Source: Chloroflexota bacterium
Lineage (GTDB): Bacteria > Chloroflexota > UBA11872 > VXOZ01
Direction of reading: 5' to 3'
Assembly: GCA_963663275.1 (NCBI GenBank)
Contig: OY760183.1
Span: 3,232,001 to 3,296,000, forward strand
DNA: 64,000 nt
The position numbers and the translations under genes are program-made. The notes below the pieces were generated by a model. It did not search any database. It was not told the origin of the DNA and worked only from the letters and a program-made list of their open reading frames with translations. This document shows positions 9,733 to 19,282 of the stretch, piece by piece (position 1 is the first letter of the stretch; each line of letters opens with the position of its first letter).

Positions 9733-10601
9733 TGTTCCGGAGTTTCCCGCTCACCGCCGGCGCGGCGGGATGGTGGGAAAGCGACGTGTTCGCGGCCATC
9801 GTCCTGGGCGTCGTGCAAGGCATTACGGAGTTTCTGCCGATCTCCAGTTCCGGCCACCTCGCCGTCTTGCCGTGGGCGTTCAACTGGTCGTCGCCGGTGT
9901 TGAACAGCCTGCCGTTCACGGTGGCGCTGCACGTGGGCACGCTCCTCGCCGTGCTGCTGGTGTTCCGGCGCGACGTGCTGGCGCTGGCCGGCGCATTCCT
10001 CCGCTCCCTGCGCGAGCGCAACATCCAGGCCGAGCCTGAGCGCCGCCTGGCGTGGCTGCTCGTGCTCGCCACGCTGCCGGCGGTCGCCGCCGGACTGCTG
10101 TTGGAGAACGCCGCCGCCACCGTCCTGCGCGCGCCGTGGATCATCGCCTGCGCCCTTGCCGTGGTCGGCGTCGTCATGTGGGTGGTGGACGCCCGGCACA
10201 CCGGCGAGCGCGCCTGCGACGGCCTCGGCTGGCGGGAAGCCTTGCTCATCGGCCTGGCTCAAGCCCTGGCAATCGTCCCCGGCGTCTCCCGCTCCGGCAG
10301 CACCATCACCATGGGCATGGCGCTCGGTCTCAGCCGGGTGCAGGCGGCGCGGTTTTCCTTCCTGCTCATGGCGCCGGTGATCTTTGGCGCCGGTATCTGG
10401 GAAGCCCGTCACCTGGATAGCGCGGCCTTGGGCGGCAACGGCGGCACGCTCTTCATCGCGGGCTTCCTCAGCGCGCTGGGGGTGGGCTACCTCTGCATCC
10501 GCGTCTTCCTGCGCTACCTGCGGCAAGGCCGCCTCTGGCCGCTGGCGCTCTACCGCATCGCGCTGGCGGCGCTCATCGTCGTCATGCTCGCCACGCGCTA
10601 G
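9729..10601 (+). CDS. uppP: Undecaprenyl-diphosphate phosphatase
   Basis: Motifs LGVVQGITEFLPISSSGH, LHVGT, QALAIVPGVSRSGSTI and AARFSFLL. Confidence 0.95.
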   Translation: MMFRSFPLTAGAAGWWESDVFAAIVLGVVQGITEFLPISSSGHLAVLPWAFNWSSPVLNSLPFTVALHVGTLLAVLLVFRRDVLALAGAFLRSLRERNIQAEPERRLAWLLVLATLPAVAAGLLLENAAATVLRAPWIIACALAVVGVVMWVVDARHTGERACDGLGWREALLIGLAQALAIVPGVSRSGSTITMGMALGLSRVQAARFSFLLMAPVIFGAGIWEARHLDSAALGGNGGTLFIAGFLSALGVGYLCIRVFLRYLRQGRLWPLALYRIALAALIVVMLATR

Positions 10602-10708
10602 CGTTTACGCGCCAACGGTGTTTCGCTATACTGGGCTTCTATCCCCTCTTGCCGGCAACGAGAGTCTCACAGGAGAACCATGCGAAATCTCGCTGTGAGG
10701 CGAGCAGT

Positions 10709-11090
10709 CCCCTCTCCCTGAGGGAGAGGGTTAGGGTGAGGGGGATATTGCGGCGAATCATACGAAGGCCCTGCGAAGTGGGATGGAACCGGCGAAGACT
10801 CACCCTCACCCCGGCCCTCTCCCTTTGGAGACCCTTGCATAACCCCTTCCCCATCGAGGGGGAAGGTTGGGATGGGGGGCGAAATGGCTTGACTTCATGC
10901 AAGCTTTAGTTGTAAAAGCACTCTGGATTCCGGTTTTCACCGGAATGACGGAGTTATGCAAAGGGCTCCTGAGGGAGATGGTTAGGGTGAGGGGGATATT
11001 GCGGCGAATCATACGAAGGCCCTGCGAAGTGGGATGGAACCGGCGAAGACTCACCCTCACCCCGGCCCTCTCCCAAAGGGAGAGGGGGAC
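10709..11090. repeat. Direct ~95-bp duplication built on family C hairpins, bracketing a GGAGACC-ended MITE
   Basis: 10729-10823 recurs at 10980-11074 (GGTTAGGGTGAGGGGGATATTGCGGCGAATCATACG...CCCTCTCCC). Confidence 0.9.
10827..10969. mobile_element. Non-autonomous element (MITE) with TIRs GGAGACCCTTGCATAAC / GTTATGCAAAGGGCTCC
   Basis: Near-perfect 17-bp TIRs; sits at the centre of a family C hairpin; homologous along its length to 37253-37550. The ends resemble IS5-family (IS1106-type GAGACCTTTGCA) termini, which is an inference. Confidence 0.7.
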
Positions 11091-11173
11091 TACTCGTCTG
11101 CCGGGTCTCGTTTTGCAAATATCTCCATTAGTGCGGAAGCGCTCCCCCTGGGATTTGAAAGCGGAGTAGTGTC

Positions 11174-12202
11174 ATGCGCATCGGCATCTTGAACGTTACC
11201 GGCTATGCCGGACTGGAACTCATCCGGCTGCTGGCCTGGCATCCGGAGTTGGAAATCGCGGCCGCCACCGGCCGCAGCCAGGCCGGTAAGCGTCTGGATG
11301 AGGTGTTTCCGTTCACCGGACTCTTTCCCCGGGAGGGTCTGGGGGCAATGGAAATCACGGCGGAGATCACCACCGGCGTGGACCTGGTCTTCTCCGGCCT
11401 GCCGCACAAAGCTTCGGCGGAGGCGCTGCTGCCGTTCATCCAGGACGGCGTGCCCGTGGTGGACATTGCCGCGGACTTTCGCCTGCATGACCCGGAGACC
11501 TACCGGGAGTGGTACCAGGAGCACCCGTGCCCGGAATACCTGGCTGGCGCCGTCTACGGCCTTACCGAACTCCACCGGGAAGAAGTGCGGCAGGCGAAGA
11601 TCGTGGCGAATCCGGGCTGCTACCCCACCGGCGCGATATTGGGAATGGCCCCGGCCCTGGAGGAAGGGCTGGTCGCGCCGGCCGTCATCGTGGACGCCAA
11701 GTCCGGCGTTTCCGGCGGCGGACGCAGCCTGACGCTCACCAACCACTTCTCGGAAGTCAACGAAAGCGTGGAAGCCTACGCGCTGCAGGGCCACCGCCAC
11801 CAGCCGGAAATCGTGCAGGAACTGAGCGCGGTTGCCAATCAGGACGTGGAGGTCACCTTCATTCCGCACCTCATCCCCATGACGCGCGGCATCCTGGCCA
11901 CCTGCTACGCCGGACTCACCCGCCCGATCACCCAACGGGAAGTGGACGACCTCTACCACGCCCGCTACGCCGATGAGCCGTTCGTGGAGGCGCTCACGGT
12001 CTCGCCCAAGACCAAGTGGACGTACGGCAGCAACCACTGCCTGGCGCATCCGGTGGTGCACGAGCGCACGGGACACCTCATCGTCACCACCGCCATCGAC
12101 AACCTGGTCAAGGGCGCGGCCGGCCAGGCGCTGCAGAACGCCAACGCCATGCTCGGCCTGCCGGAGACCATGGGCTTGGAAGCCAAACCGCTCTATCCGT
12201 AA
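11174..12202 (+). CDS. argC: N-acetyl-gamma-glutamyl-phosphate reductase
   Basis: Motifs NVTGYAGLEL, VANPGCYPT, DAKSGVSGGG, HRHQPEI, AIDNLVKGAAGQALQN. Confidence 0.97.
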   Translation: MRIGILNVTGYAGLELIRLLAWHPELEIAAATGRSQAGKRLDEVFPFTGLFPREGLGAMEITAEITTGVDLVFSGLPHKASAEALLPFIQDGVPVVDIAADFRLHDPETYREWYQEHPCPEYLAGAVYGLTELHREEVRQAKIVANPGCYPTGAILGMAPALEEGLVAPAVIVDAKSGVSGGGRSLTLTNHFSEVNESVEAYALQGHRHQPEIVQELSAVANQDVEVTFIPHLIPMTRGILATCYAGLTRPITQREVDDLYHARYADEPFVEALTVSPKTKWTYGSNHCLAHPVVHERTGHLIVTTAIDNLVKGAAGQALQNANAMLGLPETMGLEAKPLYP

Positions 12203-12289
12203 CGGGCGCTGAAGGCTGCCTGAACGCAAAAGGTGTAGGGGCACGACATGTCGTGCCCCTACACCATTCGCGTCCACGTCGGCAGCGGT

Positions 12290-14785
12290 TTACAGTCCCC
12301 GCACGGCCTGTTCCAGCCGTTCCGTCGCTTCCAGGTAGTCGGCGCCGGGCGTAAAGACCAGCGGCTTGCCGAACTGCACCGTTACCGAGCCGCGCCAGGG
12401 GAACGACGCGCCCTCGAACACCCCCGGCTTTACCTGCCTCACCCTAATCGGCACCACCGGCGTGCGCGACTCCATCGCCACGAAGCCGGTGCCGGGCTTG
12501 AACTCCTTGATGTCGCCCTCGGTGCGGTCGCCTTCCGGGAAGATCAGCACCGACCACTCCCGGTCGAGCATATTCCCCAGGTTTTCCAGGCTGCGCCGCA
12601 CCGGGCCGTAGCGCGCGAACGGAAAGGTATTGCCCAGGAGCGGGCTGAAGATCCGCCACCACACCGACGAGAAGTAGTTGTCCGCCGCCGCCGCGATCCC
12701 CAGCCGCCAGCGCGTCGCAGGCGGCAGGCTCAGCAGAATCATGCCGGCGTCCAACCGCAGATTGTGATTGGAGGCGTAGAGCACCGGCCCCGACAGCCCA
12801 TCCAGATTCTCTTTTCCCGTCACCTGCACTTTGTAGAGCAGCCCAATGCCGGGCTTGACGATCAGGTAGTACAAAACCGAGCGCGCCACGCGGCACCACA
12901 CCGTCTTGCTCCAGCCCGGAAACCGCTCGTCCTCGCTGGCGCTGCCTTGCGCCAGCAGCGTCTCCAGGTCTCCCACCGTCGTCTCCGGATTCACCTGGGT
13001 TTCGTCGATGTAGACGCCGAGTTCCTGCTCGATCGCCGAAAGCAACTCGACCCTGCCCAGGGAATCCAGGCCGATGTCCGCGCCCAAACCGCTGCCGGCG
13101 CTCACGTCGGCCGGCGACACCTCGCAGATGCGCACGATCAACTGCTCCAGCGGCGTCAGCGCCTCTTTCGGGCCTTCAGCCGGAGCGGCTACGGGTTCCG
13201 CCGCTCCCTGCGCGTCCGCCATGAGGCGTTCCAGCACGATGTTCTTCTTCACCTTGAGCGTGTGGGTGCGGGGGAAGTCCTCGTCGGGCCAGATGCTGAA
13301 CCCTCTGATTTGCTGGTGCGCGGCCAACTGCGGGTTCACCTCCGCCACCACCGCGCCGCCGTCGGCGCCATCGCCATTCGCGCTCCCCTCGGCCGGAATC
13401 AGCGCGGCGTACACGTCCTCGCCGCCGCTGGGGCTCGGCATTCCCACCACCACCGCGTCCTCGATGGCCGGGTGATTTTGCAGAAATGGCTCGATGTCCT
13501 CCGGGTAGACGTTCTGGCCGTTGGCCAGCACGATCAGGTCTTTCTTCCGTCCCTTGAAGTAGAGGAAGCCGTCCTCGTCGATGTGGCCCAGGTCGCCGGT
13601 CTTGTACCACTCGCCGTCGAAGGACGCCTCGGTGATCTCCGGCGCGTTCCAGTAGCCCGGCGTCACGTTGGGGCCGCGCGTGTGGATTTCGCCGTCATCC
13701 GCGATGCGCACCTCCTGGCCCGGCAGCACCTTGCCCAGCGCGTCCAGCTTCTTGTAGTCGAAGCTGTTGCAGGCCACAATCGGCGCGGCCTCGGTGGTGC
13801 CGTAGCCCTGGAGCACGATCACGCCCAGGGCCTCCCACTTTTCGGCCAGGGGCGGGTCCAGCCGCGCGCCGCCGCACATGACGAACTGCAACTTGCCGCC
13901 AAAGCGCCGGTGCACCTTGCCAAAGAGTTTCTTGCGCAGCCACACCGGCAGGCGCGGCGCGATGCCGAGGATCTTCTGCAGTTGCTCCTTCTTGCCGGTG
14001 CGTTCCGCCTCCCGCTCGATGGCGTTCATGAAGAGTTCCAGCGCCTGGGGCACCAGCACGATGCTGGTGATGCCGTTCTCCTGCATGGTGCGCACCAGGA
14101 TGCTGGGCTGGCGGCTGACGGGATAGACCACCTGGCCGCCGCCATAGAAGACCGCGTAGAGGCCCACCGTCTGCTCCAGCATGTGGCTCAACGGCAGCAG
14201 GGAGAGCAAGCGCCAGTGCGGCTGGGGCGTCACTTCCTGGCAGGCGGCAACCACGTTGGAGACGATGTTGCCGTGTGTCAGAATCACGCCTTTCGGCGCG
14301 CCGGTAGTGCCGGAGGTGAACATGATCTCCGCGACGTCGTCCGCCGCCACGTCAACCGCCGGCGGCGCGGGCCCGTCGTCCGCCAGCAACTCCTCCAGGT
14401 CTTCGATGTTCATACGCGGCACGGCCTCGATTGCGTCGTTTTCCGGTGTGAACTGGGAGACGAATGCAAACTTCGGCTGCGTCTGCCCCAGCACGCCGGC
14501 CACGAACTCCGGCGCGCTGCGGATGTCGAACGGCACCGCGATCGCGCCCAGGCGCAAACAGCCGAAGAGCGCCACCACCCACTCCGGCCGGTTCGGCGCC
14601 CAGATGACGACCCGGTCGCCCTTCTCGATGCCCTGGTCTCGCAGGTAGGCCGCTACCCGGCCGGCGGCTTCCCAAAGCTCGCGGTAGCGCCAGCAGCGCA
14701 CGCGGATACCCGGCTTGATGCTGAGCGCGGTCGCGTCGCCGAAGCGATTGGCCGCGGTCTCCAAGAGGTCGTTAAGAGTCTGCAT
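12290..14785 (-). CDS. Long-chain acyl-CoA/acyl-ACP synthetase fused to ACP and a PlsC-type acyltransferase (Aas-like)
   Basis: AMP-binding motifs IMFTSGTTGAPKG, QGYGTTE, YKTGDLG; phosphopantetheine site GLDSL; acyltransferase motifs NHNLRLD and IFPEG. Confidence 0.9.
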   Translation of the reverse strand: MQTLNDLLETAANRFGDATALSIKPGIRVRCWRYRELWEAAGRVAAYLRDQGIEKGDRVVIWAPNRPEWVVALFGCLRLGAIAVPFDIRSAPEFVAGVLGQTQPKFAFVSQFTPENDAIEAVPRMNIEDLEELLADDGPAPPAVDVAADDVAEIMFTSGTTGAPKGVILTHGNIVSNVVAACQEVTPQPHWRLLSLLPLSHMLEQTVGLYAVFYGGGQVVYPVSRQPSILVRTMQENGITSIVLVPQALELFMNAIEREAERTGKKEQLQKILGIAPRLPVWLRKKLFGKVHRRFGGKLQFVMCGGARLDPPLAEKWEALGVIVLQGYGTTEAAPIVACNSFDYKKLDALGKVLPGQEVRIADDGEIHTRGPNVTPGYWNAPEITEASFDGEWYKTGDLGHIDEDGFLYFKGRKKDLIVLANGQNVYPEDIEPFLQNHPAIEDAVVVGMPSPSGGEDVYAALIPAEGSANGDGADGGAVVAEVNPQLAAHQQIRGFSIWPDEDFPRTHTLKVKKNIVLERLMADAQGAAEPVAAPAEGPKEALTPLEQLIVRICEVSPADVSAGSGLGADIGLDSLGRVELLSAIEQELGVYIDETQVNPETTVGDLETLLAQGSASEDERFPGWSKTVWCRVARSVLYYLIVKPGIGLLYKVQVTGKENLDGLSGPVLYASNHNLRLDAGMILLSLPPATRWRLGIAAAADNYFSSVWWRIFSPLLGNTFPFARYGPVRRSLENLGNMLDREWSVLIFPEGDRTEGDIKEFKPGTGFVAMESRTPVVPIRVRQVKPGVFEGASFPWRGSVTVQFGKPLVFTPGADYLEATERLEQAVRGL

Positions 14786-14917
14786 GCGGCTCTCCTTGCG
14801 TCTTTGTCGAAAGAATATCAAGCGCAACGCGCGGCGCGGTATACGGCGTATTATACGCGCCGCCCCGTCGTATGAAAACCAACGGCGCTGTGGTACGGTG
14901 AAGAAGCGAGCAAACTG

Positions 14918-15212
14918 CGCGCGGGCAGACCCCGCAGCGCGGGGGCTTGTCCCCCGCCTAGCGCAATCGCCCACGGGGCGCACGGGCGTACCCCGTAGCG
15001 CGGGGGCTTGTCCCCCGCCTCGTGCAAACGCCTACGGGGCGCGCGGGCGTACCCCGTAGCGCGGGGGCTTGTCCCCCGCCTCTCGCAATCGCCCGCGGGC
15101 GCACGGGCAGACCCCGTAGCGCGGGGGCTTGTCCCCCGCCTCTCGCAGCCGCCAAGGGGGGCGCACGGGCAGACCCCGTAGCGCGGGGGCTTGTCCCCCG
15201 CCTCTCGCAGCC
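14918..15212. repeat. Five tandem 60-62 bp units containing REP family A
   Basis: REP starts at 14934, 14995, 15056, 15116 and 15178. The linkers are similar to one another (CCTCTCGCA..CGCC...GGGCGCACGGGC). Confidence 0.9.
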
Positions 15213-15261
15213 GCCCGCAGCGCGCGGGCCTGCCGCCAAGCCTGAGGAGCGCAATCACGCG

Positions 15262-15978
15262 GTGCCGGACATTCCATTCTTAGAGCCAATCGCCATCGCT
15301 CCCGGCGTGCATCAAGTGCGCGCCTGGGGAGCGCGCGTCACCGTGCTGCAAGCGCCTGACGGGGTAGTGCTGGTAGACGCCGGCAGCCGGGGCGGCCTGC
15401 CGGTCATCAACGCGGGCCTGGCGGCGCTGGGCGTCGCGCCGGAGCAGGTGCGGCTGATCGCGCTGACCCACTGCCATCCCGACCACGCCGGCGGCCTGGC
15501 GGAGGTGGTGGAGGCCACCGCCGCGCCGGTTGCCATTCACCATTCGGAAGCCGGCATCGTGCGCGGCGACGAGCCGCCGCGCAGTCCCCTCCGCCGTGAG
15601 GCGCTGCCGCAGGTCCAACCCGTCTTCTCCGTGTTCAGCGGCCCGCCGGTAGACGTGCGCTACCCGCTGGAGGACGGCGACTACTTGCCCTCCGCCGAAG
15701 GCGTGCGCGTCATCCATACCCCCGGCCACACGCAGGGCAGCATCTGCCTGCACGTGGAACCGGCCAGCACGCTCATCGTCGGCGACGCGCTCCAGTTCCG
15801 CTTCGGCAAACTGCTCGGGCCTTCATGGCTCTTTACCCGCGATCCCGAACTGGCGCGCGCTTCCCTCGCCAAACTGCTGGACGTGAACTTCAGCACCCTC
15901 TGCTTCAGTCACTTCCCGCCAATCAAGGAAAACGCGCGGGAAATGCTGACGGCGTTCCTCCAGGACGGCGCGGGCTGA
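15262..15978 (+). CDS. Metallo-beta-lactamase fold hydrolase
   Basis: Motifs VLVDAG, THCHPDHAGG, HTPGHTQG, GDA, FSH. GTG start after GAGGAG. Confidence 0.9.
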   Translation: MPDIPFLEPIAIAPGVHQVRAWGARVTVLQAPDGVVLVDAGSRGGLPVINAGLAALGVAPEQVRLIALTHCHPDHAGGLAEVVEATAAPVAIHHSEAGIVRGDEPPRSPLRREALPQVQPVFSVFSGPPVDVRYPLEDGDYLPSAEGVRVIHTPGHTQGSICLHVEPASTLIVGDALQFRFGKLLGPSWLFTRDPELARASLAKLLDVNFSTLCFSHFPPIKENAREMLTAFLQDGAG

Positions 15979-16029
15979 CGCGGCCCGCAAAGGGAGAATA
16001 GCCGGTGAGAAATCCGACGGCGTCTCCGG

Positions 16030-16925
16030 CGGGGTAGGCAAACTTGAATCGGCTTGACGTGTCATTCCGAACGGAGCGCAGCGGAGAGAGGAATCTAGAG
16101 TGGTGAGCCTGCCAAACTCCGCGCAGCGTGGATTCTAGATTCCTCGCTCCACTCGGAATGACATTTACATACCCCTGTCAATGCCCCGGCGGGGGACAAG
16201 CCCCCGCGCTACGTATTCTGGAAATCACCGGCTTACGTCGCGTCGACTCTCCTCGTGTCAGAATCGCCCCAGATTGTGCCTCACGTCTCCGGTAGCGCAG
16301 GTTTGTAACCTGCGTCTTCTCTGCGGTCGATTCCTAATGCGTGGCCGTCTCTCCATCTGTGGCGGGCTGACGTGGTAGGCATTCTCAAATCGGCTTGACG
16401 TGTCATTCCGAACGGAGCGCAGCGGAGAGAGGAATCTAGAGTGGTGAGCCTCCCAAACTCCGCGCAGCGTGGATTCTAGATTCCTCGCTCCGCTCGGAAT
16501 GACATTTACATGCCCCTGTCACCGCCCCGGCGGGGGACAAGCCCCCGCGCTACGTATTCTGGAAATCACGGTTGTCTCCGCGAGCGCAACAGCTTGGAGC
16601 GATTCCCTCCCCGGCAGCAAGCGATCCCCCCCGGTAGCGTAGGTTTGCAACCTGGGATCCGGTAGCGCAGGTTTGTAACCTGCGTCTTCCCTGCGGTCTA
16701 TCCCTAATGCGTGGCCGTCTCTCCCTCTGCGGCGGGCTAACGGGGTAGGCATTCTTGAATTGGTTTGACGTGTCATTCCGAACGGAGCGCAGCGGAGAGA
16801 GGAATCTAGATTGGTGAGCCTGCCAAACTCCGCGCAGCGTGGATTCTAGATTCCTCGCTCCGCTCGGAATGACAATTGCGCACCCCTGTCAGCGCCCCGG
16901 CGGGGGACAAGCCCCCGCGCTACGT
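16030..16925. repeat. Three ~340-370 bp tandem composite modules (CTGACA-type MITE carrying a family B doublet, plus REP A and REP F); the third is truncated
   Basis: Near-identical family B doublets start at 16061, 16402 and 16772. Each is followed by ...CCCCTGTCA and CGGGGGACAAGCCCCCGCGCTAC. Confidence 0.9.
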
Positions 16926-17105
16926 TTATACGGATAATCGCCCGACGTCTACACCACAACCCGTTTCACGTCTATACGACAACCCGTCCTACGTCTACAC
17001 CACAACCCATTTCACGTCTACACGACTATCCATCCTACGTTTACACCACAAACCGCGTTACGTCTACACAATAAACCGTCATGCGTTCACACGAAGACCC
17101 GCCCC
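16922..17105. repeat. Degenerate 23-bp tandem array (8 units, consensus ACGTCTACACCACAACCCGTYYY)
   Basis: Exact 23-bp period with unit starts at 16922, 16945, 16968, 16991, 17014, 17037, 17060 and 17083. Confidence 0.9.
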
Positions 17106-17190
17106 AGGCGTGAAGTTTCCCTCCAAAATATGTACAGTATTCCAAGAGGAAGATTCTCAAGCGCGCAATTACACATGAGGAAGCGGAACC

Positions 17191-18414
17191 ATGGCAGGTG
17201 AACTCACGGCAGGACTGAGCGAAGGCGGCGCGACGCGCCCGGCCGGCTATCTGGCGGACGGTGTCTTTTGCGGCATCAAAGAGCCCGACCCAACCGGCGA
17301 AAAGCGCGACGTGGGCTGTCTGGTCTCGGAGCGGCCCGCCACCGTGGCCGGCGTCTTTACGCTGAACAAAGTGAAAGCCGCGCCGGTGCTGCTGGATCAA
17401 GAACGTCTGCGGCGCGGCGCGACCCGGGGCATCGTCTATTGCAGCGGCAACGCCAACGCCTGCACCGGTGCTCAGGGCATGGCGAACGCCCAGGAAATGA
17501 CGGCCCTGCTGGCGGCGCAGGTGGGCGTGGGCGCCGAGGACATCCTGGTCTGCTCCACCGGCGTGATCGGCCGCCAACTGCCCATGGACACGGTACGGGA
17601 AGGCATTGCGCGCCTCGTTCCGGCCAAAGAGCGCCACCGGGAAGCGGCCACCGCCATGTTGACCACCGACGAGTGGCCCAAGGAAGCCGCGGCCGAGTTC
17701 CAGGCCAACGGCGTCACGTACGCGGTCGGCGGCATGGCCAAGGGCGCGGCCATGATCCATCCCAACATGGCCACCATGCTCGCCTACCTCACCACCGACG
17801 CGCCGGTCGCCGCGCCCTTCCTGCACGCCGCCCTCAAGCGGGCCGTGGACGATTCTTTTCACGTGATCAGCGTAGACGGCGATAGTTCCACCAACGACAC
17901 GGTGCTCGCCTTGGCCAACGGCGCGGCCGGCGGGCCGGAAATCGACGGCGGCGCGGCCGGCGCGGCTTTCGAGGAAGCCCTGCGCGCGGTGGCGGTCTTT
18001 CTCGCCAAGGAGATTGTGCGCAACGCGGAAGGCGCCACCAAGATCTTCGGCGTGGAGGTGCGCGGCGCGGCCACGGTGGACGCCGCCCGCGTCATCGGCC
18101 GCAGCGTGGCAAGTTCCAGCCTGGTGAAGACCGCCTTTCTCGGCTCCGACCCCAACTGGGGACGCATCATGTGCGCGGCGGGATACAGCGGCGTGGACTT
18201 CGATCCCAACCAGGCGTCGCTCTGGCTGGAAGACATCCTGCTCTACCGCAACGGCACGCCCACCGACTTCGACGAGGACGCCGCCTCCGCCCTGCTGGAC
18301 AAGAAAGAGGCCATGTTCATCCTCGACCTGGCCGAGGGCGACGCTACCGCCACCGCCTGGGGCTGCGACCTGACCACCGAGTACGTCATCTTCAACAGCG
18401 ACTACCGCACGTAA
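17191..18414 (+). CDS. argJ: Bifunctional ornithine acetyltransferase / N-acetylglutamate synthase
   Basis: Motifs SGNANACTG, STGVIG, AKGAAMIHPNMATML (autocleavage site), VDGDSSTNDT, DPNWGRI, WGCDLT. Confidence 0.97.
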   Translation: MAGELTAGLSEGGATRPAGYLADGVFCGIKEPDPTGEKRDVGCLVSERPATVAGVFTLNKVKAAPVLLDQERLRRGATRGIVYCSGNANACTGAQGMANAQEMTALLAAQVGVGAEDILVCSTGVIGRQLPMDTVREGIARLVPAKERHREAATAMLTTDEWPKEAAAEFQANGVTYAVGGMAKGAAMIHPNMATMLAYLTTDAPVAAPFLHAALKRAVDDSFHVISVDGDSSTNDTVLALANGAAGGPEIDGGAAGAAFEEALRAVAVFLAKEIVRNAEGATKIFGVEVRGAATVDAARVIGRSVASSSLVKTAFLGSDPNWGRIMCAAGYSGVDFDPNQASLWLEDILLYRNGTPTDFDEDAASALLDKKEAMFILDLAEGDATATAWGCDLTTEYVIFNSDYRT

Positions 18415-18442
18415 ACCCAAGAGGAAACGCCGGAGGCTGGGC

Positions 18443-19213
18443 ATGACAACCGATAGCAATCACAGCGACAAGGGTTTGGAGCCCGTGGTAACCGGACCCG
18501 TGACGCAGGCCCGGCGCGTCGGCAGAGGTCCCGCCGTCTGGCTGGCGGGCGACCCCGCCGACCTCGAGCCCTGGATGGACCGGGGCGCGGCCGGCATCGT
18601 CACCAATACGGTGGTGCTCAACGAGATGGTGAAGAAATACGGCCAACTCACGGAGGTTGTACAACGCTACCTGGACGTCACCGACAAGCCCGTGGTTGTC
18701 GAGGTTGACGGCCACTCCACGGCTGAGTTGCTCGACGTCAGCCGCTGCTTCACGCGCATGTCCGACCGGATAATCATCAAGATTCCCTGCACCGCGCACG
18801 GCCTCGGCGCGTTCCGCCGCCTGGCCGAGGAGGGCGTGGAAACCTTCTGCACCACCGTCTTCTCGCTGCCCCAGGCGGCGGCCGCGGCGCAGGCGGGCGC
18901 TACCCACGTCCTGCCCTTCTGCGAGCCGGTGAAGCAGATGGGCGGCGACCCCACCAAGCTGGTGCGCGAGTGCGTGCGCATGTTCGCCGGCTGGCAGAAC
19001 CGCCCCTACGTCACCGCCGCCCTCGTCAGAAGCGTCGAGACCGCCTACGCCGCCCTCCGCGACGGCGCCGACGGCATCATCATCTTCTGGCCCATCTTCC
19101 AGGAGATGCTGGAACACCCCCTTACCGACACGTGGAACGAGACTTTCATGAGCGAGTGGGTCGCCATGCGCGACGCAGGCTTGCTGGAAGGCGTTCCGGT
19201 GAAACGCGGCTAA
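18443..19213 (+). CDS. Divergent transaldolase / fructose-6-phosphate aldolase family protein
   Basis: GIVTN, Schiff-base lysine in IIIKIPCT, TTVFSLPQAAAAAQAGA, and C-terminal HPLTD. Confidence 0.8.
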   Translation: MTTDSNHSDKGLEPVVTGPVTQARRVGRGPAVWLAGDPADLEPWMDRGAAGIVTNTVVLNEMVKKYGQLTEVVQRYLDVTDKPVVVEVDGHSTAELLDVSRCFTRMSDRIIIKIPCTAHGLGAFRRLAEEGVETFCTTVFSLPQAAAAAQAGATHVLPFCEPVKQMGGDPTKLVRECVRMFAGWQNRPYVTAALVRSVETAYAALRDGADGIIIFWPIFQEMLEHPLTDTWNETFMSEWVAMRDAGLLEGVPVKRG

Positions 19214-19282
19214 CGGTGTATCATGGGGCCTGCGGAACTGTAAACGCCCTGCCGTTTTCATGCAAGAGAGTGGAATTTCCCA

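Noticed and set aside
12248-14875. Long antisense ORFs (also 754-2436, 17041-18459, 42693-44408, 49457-51082)
   Set aside because: They are shadow frames of real high-GC genes and have no motifs of their own.
14918-15212. CRISPR-like array (palindromic repeat with ~61-bp period)
   Set aside because: The spacers are variants of one another, the repeat is the dispersed REP family A, and there is no cas gene or leader.
17120-17150. ARG box upstream of argJ
   Set aside because: ATGTACAGTATTCCA is only a weak match to the ArgR consensus, and I saw no similar site before argC.
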